Source of the DNA: Octopus sinensis
Taxonomy: Eukaryota
Direction of reading: 5' to 3'
DNA length: 64,000 nt
Assembly: GCF_006345805.1 (NCBI RefSeq)
Contig: NC_043010.1
Span: 35,340,001-35,404,000 of the forward strand
Part shown: in pieces, positions 26,241-39,700 of the stretch
Layout of the letters: every line of letters starts with the position of its first letter
Numbering within the stretch: position 1 is the stretch's first letter
Made by a program: the position numbers and the translations under genes
Notes under the pieces: generated by a model
Seen by the model: only the letters and a program-made list of their open reading frames with translations
What the model was told of the DNA's origin: nothing
Database searches by the model: none

Positions 26241-28586
26241 GTTTGACTTTTGCTTTATATTTGTACAAGTTGGCTCCAAGTCTCACCCGGAGACCTCAAG
26301 AGACAACAGGTTGGAAGTTCACGTTGTTGTTATGCCTAGTGTGCCATATATTTGGTTGTTTTTTGTGTTGTACTAGTGGATGTCTAAAAAATAACAAAAA
26401 ATTAAAATAAATATGTTTGTTTTAAACCATGAGATTACATAGAAAGTATTTTGCGTAGGATATGAGCAGTTCCCGTGAGCACTATCTTTTGAATTTCTGC
26501 CATTTTGGGGTTTCCTGGTATCTGAGTTAGGTAGCAATCAGCCCCTTTTGCTATCATTCCCAGGGCACCTATGACAACAGGTATTGTTTTAGTCTTCAGG
26601 TTCCACATTTTGCTGATTTCTATTTCAAGATCTTTATATTTGCTCAGTTTTTGGTAGGTCTTGACAGATACGTTTATATCGATTGGGACAGTCATATCAA
26701 TGAGGAGGCATGTTCTTTGTTTGAAGTCTTTCAATATGTCTGGCCTATTTGCATCTATTTTTCTGTCAGTTTGAATGGTGAAGTTCCAGAGGAGTGAGAT
26801 GTGGTCATTTTCAAGCACTGGAGGTGGATTGTGTTCCCACCAGTTTTTTTCATGGGGCAAATCCAGGTTTTTGCAGATTACCCAGTGAATATATTTTGCA
26901 GCTCTATCATGCCTGTTGAGATACTCTGTAGGCGCTAGAAGACTGCACTTGGGGACCACATGATCAATGGTTTCATTTTGTTGCTGGCATACACGACACG
27001 TTGGGCTACTGCTGATCTTTAATATGTTGGCCTGGTAGTTTCTTGTTGGTAGGCATTGATCTTGAGCTGCTATGATAAACCCCTCTGTTTCAGATTTTAA
27101 GCCAGAGGCCATTAGCCATTGATGGGTCAGGGCTTTGTCAACATCTGCATTATTCGCTCTCTTTGGGTATTTGCCATAGAGAGGTTTTTTCTGGCCATTT
27201 GTCATTCAGAATATCTAAGGCCGCAGATTTAGCACGGGTTTTCATGCGCTTAGCTTTTTCTGTGCCTGTTTCTTGTATGTCTATCTCTAATTCCGAAATT
27301 TGTTGTATTCGGAATTCACTTAGATATTCCTTTGCCTGTTTTGTTACTGAGTATGATGCTTTCTTGTTTTCATGTTTTGAGACAAGTTTTAACATCCAGT
27401 CCTCAGAGTTTTTCAGGTAGGTGTCTAGGCCAATTGTAGCAATCTTCATTGTTATTGCCAGTTGTAAAAGTCCACGGCCTCCCTCTTTTCTTGGCAGATA
27501 AAGTCGTTCTGTATCTGCCTTAGGGTGGTGCATTCTATGCATTGTCAACAGTTTTCGTATTTTTCTGTCAAGGTTACATATTTCAGTAATTGACCAGTTA
27601 ACGATATTGAAACTGTAAGTCACGACTGGTATGGCTAATGCAATGATCGCTTCGATCCTGTTTCTCGCATTCAGCTCTGTCTTGAGTATTGCTCTTACTC
27701 TGCAATAACATTCTCTCCTGATCCTTTCCTTCATCTCTGAATGCCTTATTCCGTCTCCTTCAATTACCCCTGGATACTTGTAGTTCTCCGCTGGGTCTAA
27801 TCTTTTATGACATTCTGCTGGTCAAGGTTAACGTTAGATGTTTCTGTCATTTTCCCTTTGATAAAGGTAGCTTTTGCACACTTATCGAGGCCAAATTGCA
27901 TTCTGATGTCATCACTGAATTGTTTGACAGAGTTGTTGTTCATTTTTTGCAAAGAGCTTTAAATCATCCATGTAAATGAGATGATTTATATTTTTATCAA
28001 ACATTTTATATCCGTACTGCGCGTCATTGAGCAGTTTTGAGAGAGGTATTAAGGCTAAACAGAAGAGGAGTGGTGATAGTGAGTCACCCTGGAAAATGCC
28101 ACATGAAAGTTTTACATCACCAGCATTTAGAGATTCATTGTCACTGTTCAAAGTTAGTGTGGTTCTCCATGATCTCATCATTACAGACAAAAAGTTTTGC
28201 AGAGTAGGTGCTATCTTATACATTTCTAGGCATTTCTTAATCCAGCTATGTGGTAGGCTATCAAAAGCCTTTTTATAGTCTATCCAGGCTATTGATAAGT
28301 TTTTGTGTCGTTTGTGACAATCTTCTAAGATCATCTTATTGATGAGTAGTTGATCTTTACAACCGTAGGATCCACGTTTACATCCTTCCTGTTCATTAGG
28401 GAATATGCTGCTGTCTGTCAAAAAACTATAGGTATATTCCGTCAGGACAAATGTTAGTGTTTTATACATAGTTGTTAAGCAGGTTATGGGTCTATAGTTT
28501 TTTGGTTCATTTGTTTCTTCACTTTTTGGAAGCAGGAACATTAACCCATTAACTAGCCAAGGAGGCATCCTACTAGGGTGTTGCAA
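26239..28586 (-). mobile_element. R4/Dong-clade non-LTR retrotransposon (RT + CCHC + restriction-like endonuclease), 5'-truncated and frameshifted
   Basis: NYRPITCL, WIDYKKAFDS, GIFQGDSLSPLLF, YMDD, CRVC..ETIDHVV..C, RPD..DMTVP..KYKDL across ORFs 27912-28664, 27150-27734 and 26435-27205; TAA/CAA repeats at both ends. Confidence 0.9.
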
Positions 28587-28613
28587 TATTATTATTATTA
28601 TATTATTATTATT

Positions 28614-28652
<39 letters not shown>

Positions 28653-29310
28653 ATTACTTAACACAACATTTTCGCTGGAGAATGTAACGAAGTGTCAGCT
28701 GTGTACAACCAGAGGACTAAGATAACACTTTTCATTCAGATTTCGAGACCACTGCAGAGGGTACGCGCAGTTCCAAGATACCTTGCCGTATTTAGTCACT
28801 TTCCTCCAGGTTCTGAGTTCCCACTCTACCGGGCTCGACACAGCCCGTCAATTTTCAATAGTCAATAAAATACATGCCAGTAAAATAATGAGTGATTCCA
28901 TTCAGTTGAATGAATTTCTTGCTTCTCAAATTCTTGATTATCTTTCTGTTTATGTCAATATTGTTGTTGTGATGGCAAAGATTCTGCTGAGACGGCGTCT
29001 GTTTCAATGCCTTACAGCAATCAGTTGTGTTTCTCTACATTCTAAGTTTAATCTTCGTTGGTGTCGACTTCACCTTTCCCTCACTCCATCCCACTACCAT
29101 CACCCCTTCCAGTTAATAAGATAACCACCAGGAATTTACTGAACGTCATTACGATCGACTATATCAGAACTGTGATCATACGAAAATGTGGTCTACTTCT
29201 GCTGTTGTCGTATTTACAGCCAGCGATGCATAGATATCTATCAGGGAACTGTAGAAGTACCATGTCTCTCTCTCTCTCTCTCTCCCCTCCCCACTCTTTT
29301 TCTCTCTCTT

Positions 29311-29341
<31 letters not shown>

Positions 29342-30703
29342 CAGGTTGTACTGCTGGTAACATATGATCCAGGGTAGTGGTCGGGTCGTCAGTGACAAAT
29401 TAGCCTGAGAAGGATGGGTTTTGCTAAGCCCAAAAGGAAAAACTGTAAAAAGGACTGGTGGGCTTAAATAAGATCAACATGAATTTAATAATCGAGTGTA
29501 AGGACATTGAAACACTAAAGATGGTGTATAAGAACGCTGTTTGACCACTGCGAATGATCGGTAGATTTATGCTCATTAACCCCAAACAAACCAATTGCTG
29601 TGTAATTATGATTTTAATCTACCAACAAGGTCGGAAGAGGTCTACCTTTTATTGATTTGTAGAAAACAAAAGGAAAAAGTTATAAATAATTCATTCTTGT
29701 TTACAATCATCTAATTTCCTACTTATCGTATAGCTAGTAGTTAGCTTTTTCGTTTTCGGTCTTTTCAGAATAACTTCTAGCACTTAAAAACACGGGTATT
29801 ATTTACGACTACCTTGACTGTTGCCAATTTTTTGCACGTAGAATTTTGACTTTGCAATCAAGAAAATATGTCTTAACATTTCTACACACATTATCAGACT
29901 TTAAAAATACGAAAATATATGCACGTATTTTCCACAACACTTTTTTGCAACACAAATTATCTAACTTTCCTAGTATTACATTCACATAAGTAATTTTTAT
30001 GTAAACTCTTCTTTCATTGATGTTGTAAATTAATATCTGCTACATTTCGTTATTTTTGAATTCTGTCCAATTTTAACTTGAATTCACAAACTACGCACCG
30101 TCTAATTATTATGACTGTATTCTACCAATAAGATAGGAAGAGGTCTTATTTTTGTTGGCAGGTAGGAAATAAAATGAAAAATGATATATGATTCATTCTT
30201 GCTTTTATCTCCACGTAAATCCAATTTCCTGCATATCTGTTCATCTTCTCTTTCATTATTAGTAGTATTATTACAGTTCATCTCTGTTATTATTAAAGCT
30301 ATTTATTGCTGTGTTTAGTCCCAGAACAATCATGATTAAGCAACCTTATGTTCAAGTGCATTTCACTGGTGACCATCCCATCTTTATTATGAGTATATAG
30401 GACTAGATTATTGAATGTATCCTTTTTTTAAGACTGTCAATTGTAATTTGGATTTGTTTGCGTTTTAAGCAGGTCAGGTCTAGCAACCTCCATCGACTCT
30501 CTATCGTTGGTTTTTTTTTTTAATATCAAAGATTGTAAAACAGTAGACATCACCAAAACCAATGAAAAGACACACTACTGAGAAGGGTGTTTGAGTGTGT
30601 GCATACGTATGTGTGTGTGAGTTTAGTAATGTTTCCATGCAAGTGTACGGTTGTGTTTGTTTGTGAGTATGGGTATTTGTATTTTGTAATACCTGTTTAT
30701 AGT

Positions 30704-31030
30704 GAAGGTGCGTGGCTTAGTGGGTTAAGGTACTCGGCTCACAGTCGTAAGGTTGTGAGTTCGATTCCGGGCGGCGCGTCGTGTCCTTCAGCAAGACACT
30801 CTATTTTACGTTCCTTCAGATCATTCAGCTGGTAAAAGTGAGCTGTGCCCGTAATTCAAAGAGCCAGCCGTGTCACGTTCTGTGTCACGCTGAATCTCCA
30901 TAAGGACTACGTTAAGGGTATGCAGGTTTGTGGAGTGCTCAGCTACTTACACGTTAATTTCACGAGCAGGCTGTTCCGGTGATCGGATCAGCTGGCACAC
31001 TCGTCGTCGTAACCGACGGAGTGCCAGTCT
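30704..31030 (+). mobile_element. tRNA-derived SINE
   Basis: A box TGGCTTAGTGG, B box GAGTTCGATTCC, then GTGTCCTTCAGCAAGACAC core-like segment. Confidence 0.7.
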
Positions 31031-31319
31031 CTTGTTTATAACGTATTGATGTGAGTTTTGTAATCACTAGCATAGCTAGGTGGTGGCGGTAGGAGCGCTG
31101 CACCCCCGGGCGGCACTTTTGGGTCTGCTGTAAGCAATATGTGTTTTTGTGGGGTCCGGAGACGGTAAATGGAAGGGCCGCCCTGGGTGGCGCACACTCT
31201 AGCCACGCTAGTGCTTGTAATGTTCGCATGTAAGAGTGTTGCTCAGCGTGCGAGTGTATTGTAATATCTTTATGCAAACTTGCATTTGTGTATGTGTATA
31301 CAAGCATTGTAATATCTTT

Positions 31320-31835
<516 letters not shown>

Positions 31836-32267
31836 ATAATAGAGTATGTACATATAGTAATATCTATGCATATGTGTGTTGTAACCACTATACGCGTGTG
31901 CATGAGCGAAATAATTTTTCTTTATTGCTGGGTCGGGAGAAAGGAGCAGCAATTGTACTGTAATGGCTGTATACGTGCGAATGCATTGTCTCGTATGTAT
32001 ACTTATATGTTTGTGTGTATGCGCGTGTTTACCAATCACCATCCTTGCCAATCAGTTCTTAAGTATGTCGCTCGCTGTCTGCTAGTGTGTTTGTCAAAGT
32101 AAAAAAAGCTCGTGGGAACAACCCGGTACAGTTTTGTAGTCTTCATATGTAATAGTTATGGTAACTAGAACTGGCATCGTTTTACGTTAGGGTAGGGCGG
32201 CATGCGCGCGCGCGCATAAATATACCTATATACATGCTAGCATATACACATCACACACACACACACA

Positions 32268-32319
<52 letters not shown>

Positions 32320-32400
32320 ATATACATGGACACATTTTGAACCTCTTTACATGAATGAGCATATGTATAATAGATAGATGGATGGATGGATGGATGGATG

Positions 32401-32467
<67 letters not shown>

Positions 32468-32652
32468 TCATACATATATATAGATATATAAATATGAAAA
32501 CATCTTGTAAACAAATTTCTTTATATATATATATATTGGCCTGCTCGCTTAGCCAGTGGGGTGGCGTCATTTAAAGGCTAAAACAATGCGAAGCGCATTG
32601 TGATCAGCGATGTGTAGCAACATCTGATAGTCTGGTCGGTCACAGTTATCAC

Positions 32653-32689
<37 letters not shown>

Positions 32690-32945
32690 TAAATAAAATA
32701 TATGCATATATATAATATATATACATATATGTACGTACCTACATCTACATGTATATATACACGCATATATGAGTACAGGACACCAAAAAAACGTCGAACA
32801 CAATGAGAAACGAAAACATAGACACAAACCCAAGGAACTGGACATTTTTCTTAAACAACAACAAAAATAGAGTACAGGACAAATAACACAAGGAAAAAAC
32901 CCCTTCTTCAGTCGCCATGGTTTCATCTACTCTACGTTTCGAAGG

Positions 32946-33000
<55 letters not shown>

Positions 33001-33628
33001 GGTTTTCCCCATCTTATAAAAGTTGACCTGTATAATACATAGATACATATACAGGGAGAGTGAACTTATTTGTCAACGAGTGTGTGCTTGCGTGTATGTA
33101 TGTATGTATGTGTGTGTGTACGTACGTACGTGTGTGTGCGCGTGCGTCCGTGGGCGCGCGCGTAAACGTACCAGTTTATTAGTTTATGCTGTGTGACACA
33201 ATTCTGAGTGTTGACGTTTATGCGCGCGCGCGAGCGCAAGTGTATGTGTATGTACGAAGCCATGTCAAAGTTCAACAGTTGATCAGACACTGCATCATCC
33301 CATAATCTCAAATCAAATTTGTTGCGAAGCAGTCACGGAATTATACATACATATGTGCATTCATACATATATGCATACACACACACACATATCTATATAT
33401 ATACATATATGCATACACACACACAAACATATATATATATATACAAATATGCATACACACATACATGCATACATTAAATGCATATATATATATATATGCA
33501 TACATATATTTCATATATGCATACACACACACATGTATATGAGTGTGTATGTATATATGTAATATATGTATGCATATATGTATGAATGCACATACATACA
33601 TACATGCATACATACATACATACATGTG

Positions 33629-34933
33629 CAGGGTGGGGCTGAGAAGACAGACGTTTCTGAAATGGCTATTACTCAGTCCCCAGGGGAGGGACTTATGTTC
33701 GACAGGTAGCATTCGGTCTGAGGTCTCTTGACAGTTTTTTTTTTCTTTCTTTTCAGGTGAAGCCATGGTGTTGTGGGCGATAGAGCATCACAGGTTTTTC
33801 TGCGACAGTTACGTGAAGAATAACGAGTTGTCACAGCAATTCAGCGTGGCTTTCGGCGCCACTAAACATTCACCGAAATCAGGCTTCTCCTACCCGTAAC
33901 ACAGTCTTACGTTGGATGGATGCACTTCGTACATGAGGTACACTAATGAATAGGAGACTGGTGGGGGCGCCACGAACGGTACGGACCCCGGAAAATGTGG
34001 AACGCATCAGACAAGTTTTGATACGGAGTCCAAATCGTTCTGCTCGAAGGCATTCCACTGAACTTGACATCGGTAATCGATTGGCAAGGCGTATTTTGCA
34101 TGAAGAGCTGCATTTCCACCCGTACAAAATGGTCATTGGGCAACAGTTGAAACCATGGGACTATGCACAGCGGCTTAACTTCGCGTGTCAGAAGGAAGCA
34201 ATTTTTGAGGCAAATGACAACCTCATTTTGTTAATGAGTGATGAAGCTCATTTTCATCTCAATGGCATGGTGAATCAACAGGACTGTCGTTATTGGTCTC
34301 TTCAAAAATCTGAGAGAACTGCACGAAAGATCACAGCACAGCCCAAAAGTGACCTTCTGGCTTGCTGTTGGAAAAGCTGCCGTCATTGGTCCTTACTTTT
34401 TTGAAGACAATAATGGAAATGCTGTTACTGTGAACTCCGAGCGTTACATCGAGATCATAAACGATCGACGTGTGTGATTTCAGCAGGATAGGGCGACGGC
34501 TCTCATAGCCAGAGCATCAATGAAAGTTCGCCCTCTCTTCGGTGACCGCCTCATTTCCAGGTTTGCTGACATTCTTTGGACCCTCGGTCCTCTGATTTGT
34601 CCATGTGTGATTATTTCTTGTAGGGAAACCTCAAGGCACGTGTGTATGCGCACAAGCCCCGTACATTGGGTGATTTAAAGGAAGCTATTCGCGTGGAAGT
34701 TGCCCAAATCGACAGAACAACGCTGAAGAGACAGTGGAGGCCAACTTGCACCAACGCCTTCAGAAATGCATCAATGAAAACGGACACCACATGATGGATG
34801 TTGTTTTCCACACTTGATTTTGATAAATACTAATTCAATACGAACACAATGTTGTCAATAAAATTTGTTTGCAGCTAAAATTAATGATTTTGTGAATTTA
34901 AAAAAAAACGTCTGTCCTCTCTGCTCCACCGTG
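33629..34933 (+). mobile_element. Tc1/mariner DD41D (rosa-type) transposon with disrupted transposase (~33765-34817)
   Basis: ~26-bp TIRs CAGGGTGGGGCTGAGAAGACAGACGTTT / revcomp CACGGTGGAGCAGAGAGGACAGACGTTT; motifs VRTPENVE, HFHPYK, MSDEAHFHLNG, FQQD..A, W.PRS.DLS.CDYFL; about 40-41 residues between the last two Asp; frameshifts present. Confidence 0.85.
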
Positions 34934-34954
34934 TGTATATATACATATGTGTGT

Positions 34955-34992
<38 letters not shown>

Positions 34993-35043
34993 TGTGTGTA
35001 TATATATATATCCTTGTTTCTCTCCTTGTGTCTTTCTGTGTTC

Positions 35044-35078
35044 CTTTCTGTGGAAGAGCTAGGCTCGAAACGTTAAAG
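35044..35078 (+). ncRNA. Minimal hammerhead-like motif with a variant core
   Basis: CTTT-CTGTGGAA-GAGC-TAG-GCTC-GAAAC-GTT-AAAG: stems I and II and palindromic AACGTT are present, but the core deviates from CUGANGA. Confidence 0.3.
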
Positions 35079-35170
35079 ACTTTTTCAATTCCCGAGCGTT
35101 ATACTAATACATCTATTTATTTTCTACACCACCTGTCTTCGTCTTTTGGGTTTTTTTTCGTGAATTCTCC

Positions 35171-35207
<37 letters not shown>

Positions 35208-35333
35208 TATATACATACGTATCTTACATGCATGCATGCATAATAGATATATAGCATATATATATATATTGCAAGTATGCATTCATACACGCACGAACAC
35301 ATACATATCACACGTATGTGTGTGTGTGTGTGT

Positions 35334-35365
<32 letters not shown>

Positions 35366-36109
35366 CGTGTGTGTGTGCGTGTGTACAGCTAAACATATAA
35401 CTGATGAAAACGTGTACAGATAGATATTCAGATAAATATCCATCTTTACATATAGATTCTGCTTTTTTTCAGTTTATTTCGATGTTTATAATGTTATCTT
35501 ATAGGTATTAGCTCCATCTACGTATAAATGTCTAGCATCAGAGTGTTATTTTCTTCATATAACAAACAATAAAATGTAGCACACTGCGTAGTGTTATTTA
35601 TGTATTATATGTTTTTGTGTTTCATCTGATCTCTTCACTTTGACATGCCTCAGGGGTGTTCCCACGACCCTTACTTTCACAAACAAATAGGCAGGCAGGC
35701 ACACAGGCAGACAGCGACATATATAACTGATTGACAAGCTTGCTGATTGACAACACGCACACACACACTTGCACATGCGCACACACACACACTTGCACAT
35801 TCGCACACACACAGACATGCACGCACACACATACACAAACACATCTTCATCATCATCATGATCCTCATCATCATCATCATCACCATCATCATTATCAACA
35901 TATGCATGCTGGACATTGACGACACATACGTACACATATATTCATTACAATATAAGCACTACCCACTTTTCCGCCATGCACTCTCTCTCTTTCTCTTTCT
36001 CTCTCTCTCTTTCCCGCTTTCTCTCTCCTCCTCTCCCGGCGATCTGTGTCAAAAATGCTGTATGAACTAATGAAGGAAACAGTATACAATACACACGCAC
36101 GCACGCACG

Positions 36110-36155
<46 letters not shown>

Positions 36156-36781
36156 ACACACACACACACACACACTGTTCCGCCCTCAGTGATCCCGGTG
36201 ATGTGGTTATGTTGCATCAATGAGGAAATCTTCCAACATACCCATGGTAGAATTTTCGTCAATCACTATGACAACTCCACAGTGAACTAAAATGGTTTCC
36301 TGCTAGTACTCTTATGAAGTGCCGACATAAACTCAAGTTACCCCCTAGTTTAACTTCTTGAGGAAATTGCTAGACAAGGGCTATATTTCAGAACACTTTT
36401 TATCCTAGTTTAAAAAAACAAAGACTCAGTAATAAATTAGTGTTTGATCTCAATTACGTCTCATATTTAAGAAGGAGGCTGAGATCAAGAATAATTCACT
36501 TCCTAGAGGACAACAATTTTGCTAATCTCATCAAGCATTAAAAAGTTACTGCATCGCTTCAACGACTTCCTAAATGCTTTGGTTGAGGACTCAAGACAAA
36601 TGACTTCAATAGGGTCTTCAATCGAATCGATATTAGCAGTATTTTATTGAAAGACAAACCTACCGTATTGAATACCGTGCAAAACTACCGAAGTTGGTGC
36701 CGTGTTTTTCTGGTAAACCAATATGCTGTGATCGATGGAGTTTACTTAAGCCCAATCACACATTTTTCCATTTCACGCAAT

Positions 36782-37005
36782 TCTTTTATTCTTTTATTTG
36801 TTTCAGTCATTTGAACTGCGGCTATGTTGGAGTACCACCTTTAGTCGAACAAATCGACCCCAAGACTTATTCTTTGTAAGCCTAGTACTTATTCTATCGG
36901 CCTCTTTTGCCGAACCGCTAAGTTACGGGGACGTAAACACACCACCATCAGTTGTCAAGCGATGGTGGAGGGGACAAACACAGACACATAAACACACACA
37001 CACAC
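36782..37005 (-). mobile_element. SINE family B 3' half, inverted relative to the adjacent copy
   Basis: Reverse complement of 37255-37476. Confidence 0.8.
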
Positions 37006-37056
37006 AACACACACATAAACATAAATACATACATTTTTTAAAATATCTGTACAAAT

Positions 37057-37476
37057 AGGCGTAGGAGTGGCCGTGTGGTAAGTAGCTTGCTAACCAACCA
37101 CATGGTTCCGGGTTCAGTCCCACTGCGTGGCATCTTGGGCAAGTGTCTTCTGCTATAGCCCCGGGCCGACCAATGCCTTGTGAGTGGATTTGGTAGACGG
37201 AAACTGAAAGAAGCCTGTCGTATATATGTATATGTATATATATGTATGTGTGTGTGTGTTTGTGTGTCTGTGTTTGTCCCCCTAGCATTGCTTGACAACC
37301 GATGCTGGTGTGTTTACGTCCCCGTCACTTAGCGGTTCGGCAAAAACAAACCGATAGAATAAGTACTGGGCTTACAAAGAATAAGTCCCGGGGTCGATTT
37401 GCTCGACTAAAGGCGGTGCTCCAGCATGGCCGCAGTCAAATGACTGAAACAAGTAAAATAGTAAAGAGTAAAGAGT
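37057..37476 (+). mobile_element. SINE family B, young copy
   Basis: Nearly identical by eye to 47573-47990 outside the internal microsatellite. Confidence 0.85.
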
Positions 37477-37725
37477 ATGTAGCTTTTCATGCTATTTCCG
37501 AAAAATGTAACCATTTTTGGTAAGAAATAAAAATTGAGAAGTTACGAATCTTTGACAAACACGCAAGCAGACAGAGAGCGACATTCATGTAAGAACTAAC
37601 CAGTAAGACTGACGACTAATAACACACACACATACATATCAATACATATGCATACAGACATGACAAAACACGCATACATACATTCAATACAACACAAACA
37701 CTGCTCTTTCCCCCATAATGTATAT

Positions 37726-37795
<70 letters not shown>

Positions 37796-38164
37796 TTCTT
37801 CTTCTCAGAACTGTATCGAAATTTCAGTATGTTCTATTGATGTTTGTTTGTAGCTTAAGACACTGTATTGGGTCCACTTTTCGGATCTTTACCTTTTGAC
37901 CTACAGATTTAAAAAATAATTTTTTGTAACTAAACACTTTCAAACTTCAGACGCTGGTAGAATGTGTCATATAAAACATCTTTTACTCTTAGCATTTTTG
38001 AGAAAAACTTATATTTACGATGTTATTTCATGTTAAAGTTCTCGTATTTCGGTCATTTCGGCCATACAATCCTTCTGTGTATCCAAAATACTATTCCAGT
38101 CCCCCACTAGTACTACTTAAGTGCGAGACCTTCCCAAGAATGTTTCTAGACGCCTGAAGAAATC

Positions 38165-39700
38165 TGGCCTTCCAACATCTGCTGGGGCATAAACTGCCAC
38201 AAGTCTAAAGGCCGTTCACGTCCAGGACCACCAACCTACCATCCGGATCCAGGAAGATAGTCCGTACTTGGATATCTAAGGATTTCTGGAGTTGCGCTCT
38301 CGATAGACCACAAGATGAGAATACTTCATAGTCTTCGAAAATGGATGCTAGAGCATGTTTTCCGGAGATCCTTGTTTCACTAATGGCAGCCACGTCCAAA
38401 TCAAGTGACCTGAGATCATTGAGCAAGTGACCTTGCTTCTAGGCCGATCCCAGGGCACGCACATTCACACACGACATTCTCAGCACAGCCATTCTCAGCA
38501 CAGCCATGCAAGTCGGAGAAAGAAAAAGAGGAGGTTACTCACCTTGGTTTTCGAGAAGTCCGAAAGTTCCGACATTTTTTTTTAAAGGTCTTTCCAACAG
38601 CCTTTTATCAATAGATGTTTTTTAATCCTCACACTTACTGGGAATTTTTCTATCCTAGTTTTATAAACGTCTGACGACGTTTTAACTTAGAATCTGTCCT
38701 TGGACGTTTTGAGGACGAAATCCTCAAATTCCTTTCCCTCTGTTTCTATACTGTTTTAATTTTGACTTACAAAATCCAGCAACTCACTGTTACACTTGTT
38801 CACAACAGGGAAATTGATGGATACATTACGTCTACAGTCTGATGAATATTTTTGAGGTTCTGTAATCGGCTGTTTCTGTGTTTCTTTAATTTCATGCTGT
38901 TGTTGATGATGTTGCTGCTTTTGAAGATGTTGATCTTGTTCTTGTTCTTGAAGTTTTTGTTGAAGTGATTGTGAATTGTGTTGCAGTTATGGTTTCAGAA
39001 AAAGTTTTTGATGATTTCTTGGAGTACTCTCCTCCTCTTTCGCCTACCCGCTTTTGTCACTGTGATCCATTGACCGTTCAGCTCTTCCTTCTCCATGTCA
39101 TTGCATTTGATGTTGGTTTGGGAAGAAGAGCATTCAAGAGAAACTTGCTTTTCCGTGGCAACCGGGGATAGACTCCTTCTTTGTCTTGGTTTGGGAGTGG
39201 GTGTGGGAGAGGGTGTGAGAGTCTTGTGCACTTGTTTATGATTTAGCACTTGTGGTACTTGTAATGTTGGTTGCGGTGAGACTTCATTTTTCTTTGTTTC
39301 AGGGTAGGAAACCTTTAAGTGTTTTACAGATCCCCATTTATGGCATCTTGGCTTTCTACCCTCCACGAACACTGACAGGTGAGTGCCATCCAGATGATCG
39401 ATTAGATCGGGCAGCTGGTCTATGTGGTCCTGCATGGTCAGTTTCCATACATATACCTAACCAATTTTGCTTATGTAGTTTCTTAGCCTCCAGTATTGTG
39501 ACTTCGTCTTCTAAACTTGCCAACCAGCTGTCACTGCTGCTGCTGTCTTCTTCTTCTTCTTCTTCTTCTTCTTCTTCTTCTTCTTCTTCTTCTTCTTCTT
39601 CTTCTTCCAATCAGGACTCATGCCATTAGCCACAAAGAATAATCTCTAATTCAAGCCTACTCTAAGCTACTAAGAATGCGTGTGGCAACTTGAAGATCCA
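38165..39700 (-). mobile_element. Tx1/L1-like LINE remnant: gag-like ORF1 plus start of the APE endonuclease
   Basis: ORF1 has LSVFVEGRKPRCHKWGSVKHLKVSYP (decayed CCHC knuckle). ORF2 begins MAVLRMSCVNVRAL..HLLNDLRSLDLDVAAISETR..FLDPDGRLVVLDV; the 3' part is missing. Confidence 0.75.

Noticed and set aside
32900-32946. Minus-strand CGAAACGTA...CTGAAGAAG hammerhead-like words
   Set aside because: The order is permuted and no stem I pairing flanks the putative cleavage site; treated as a repeat fragment.
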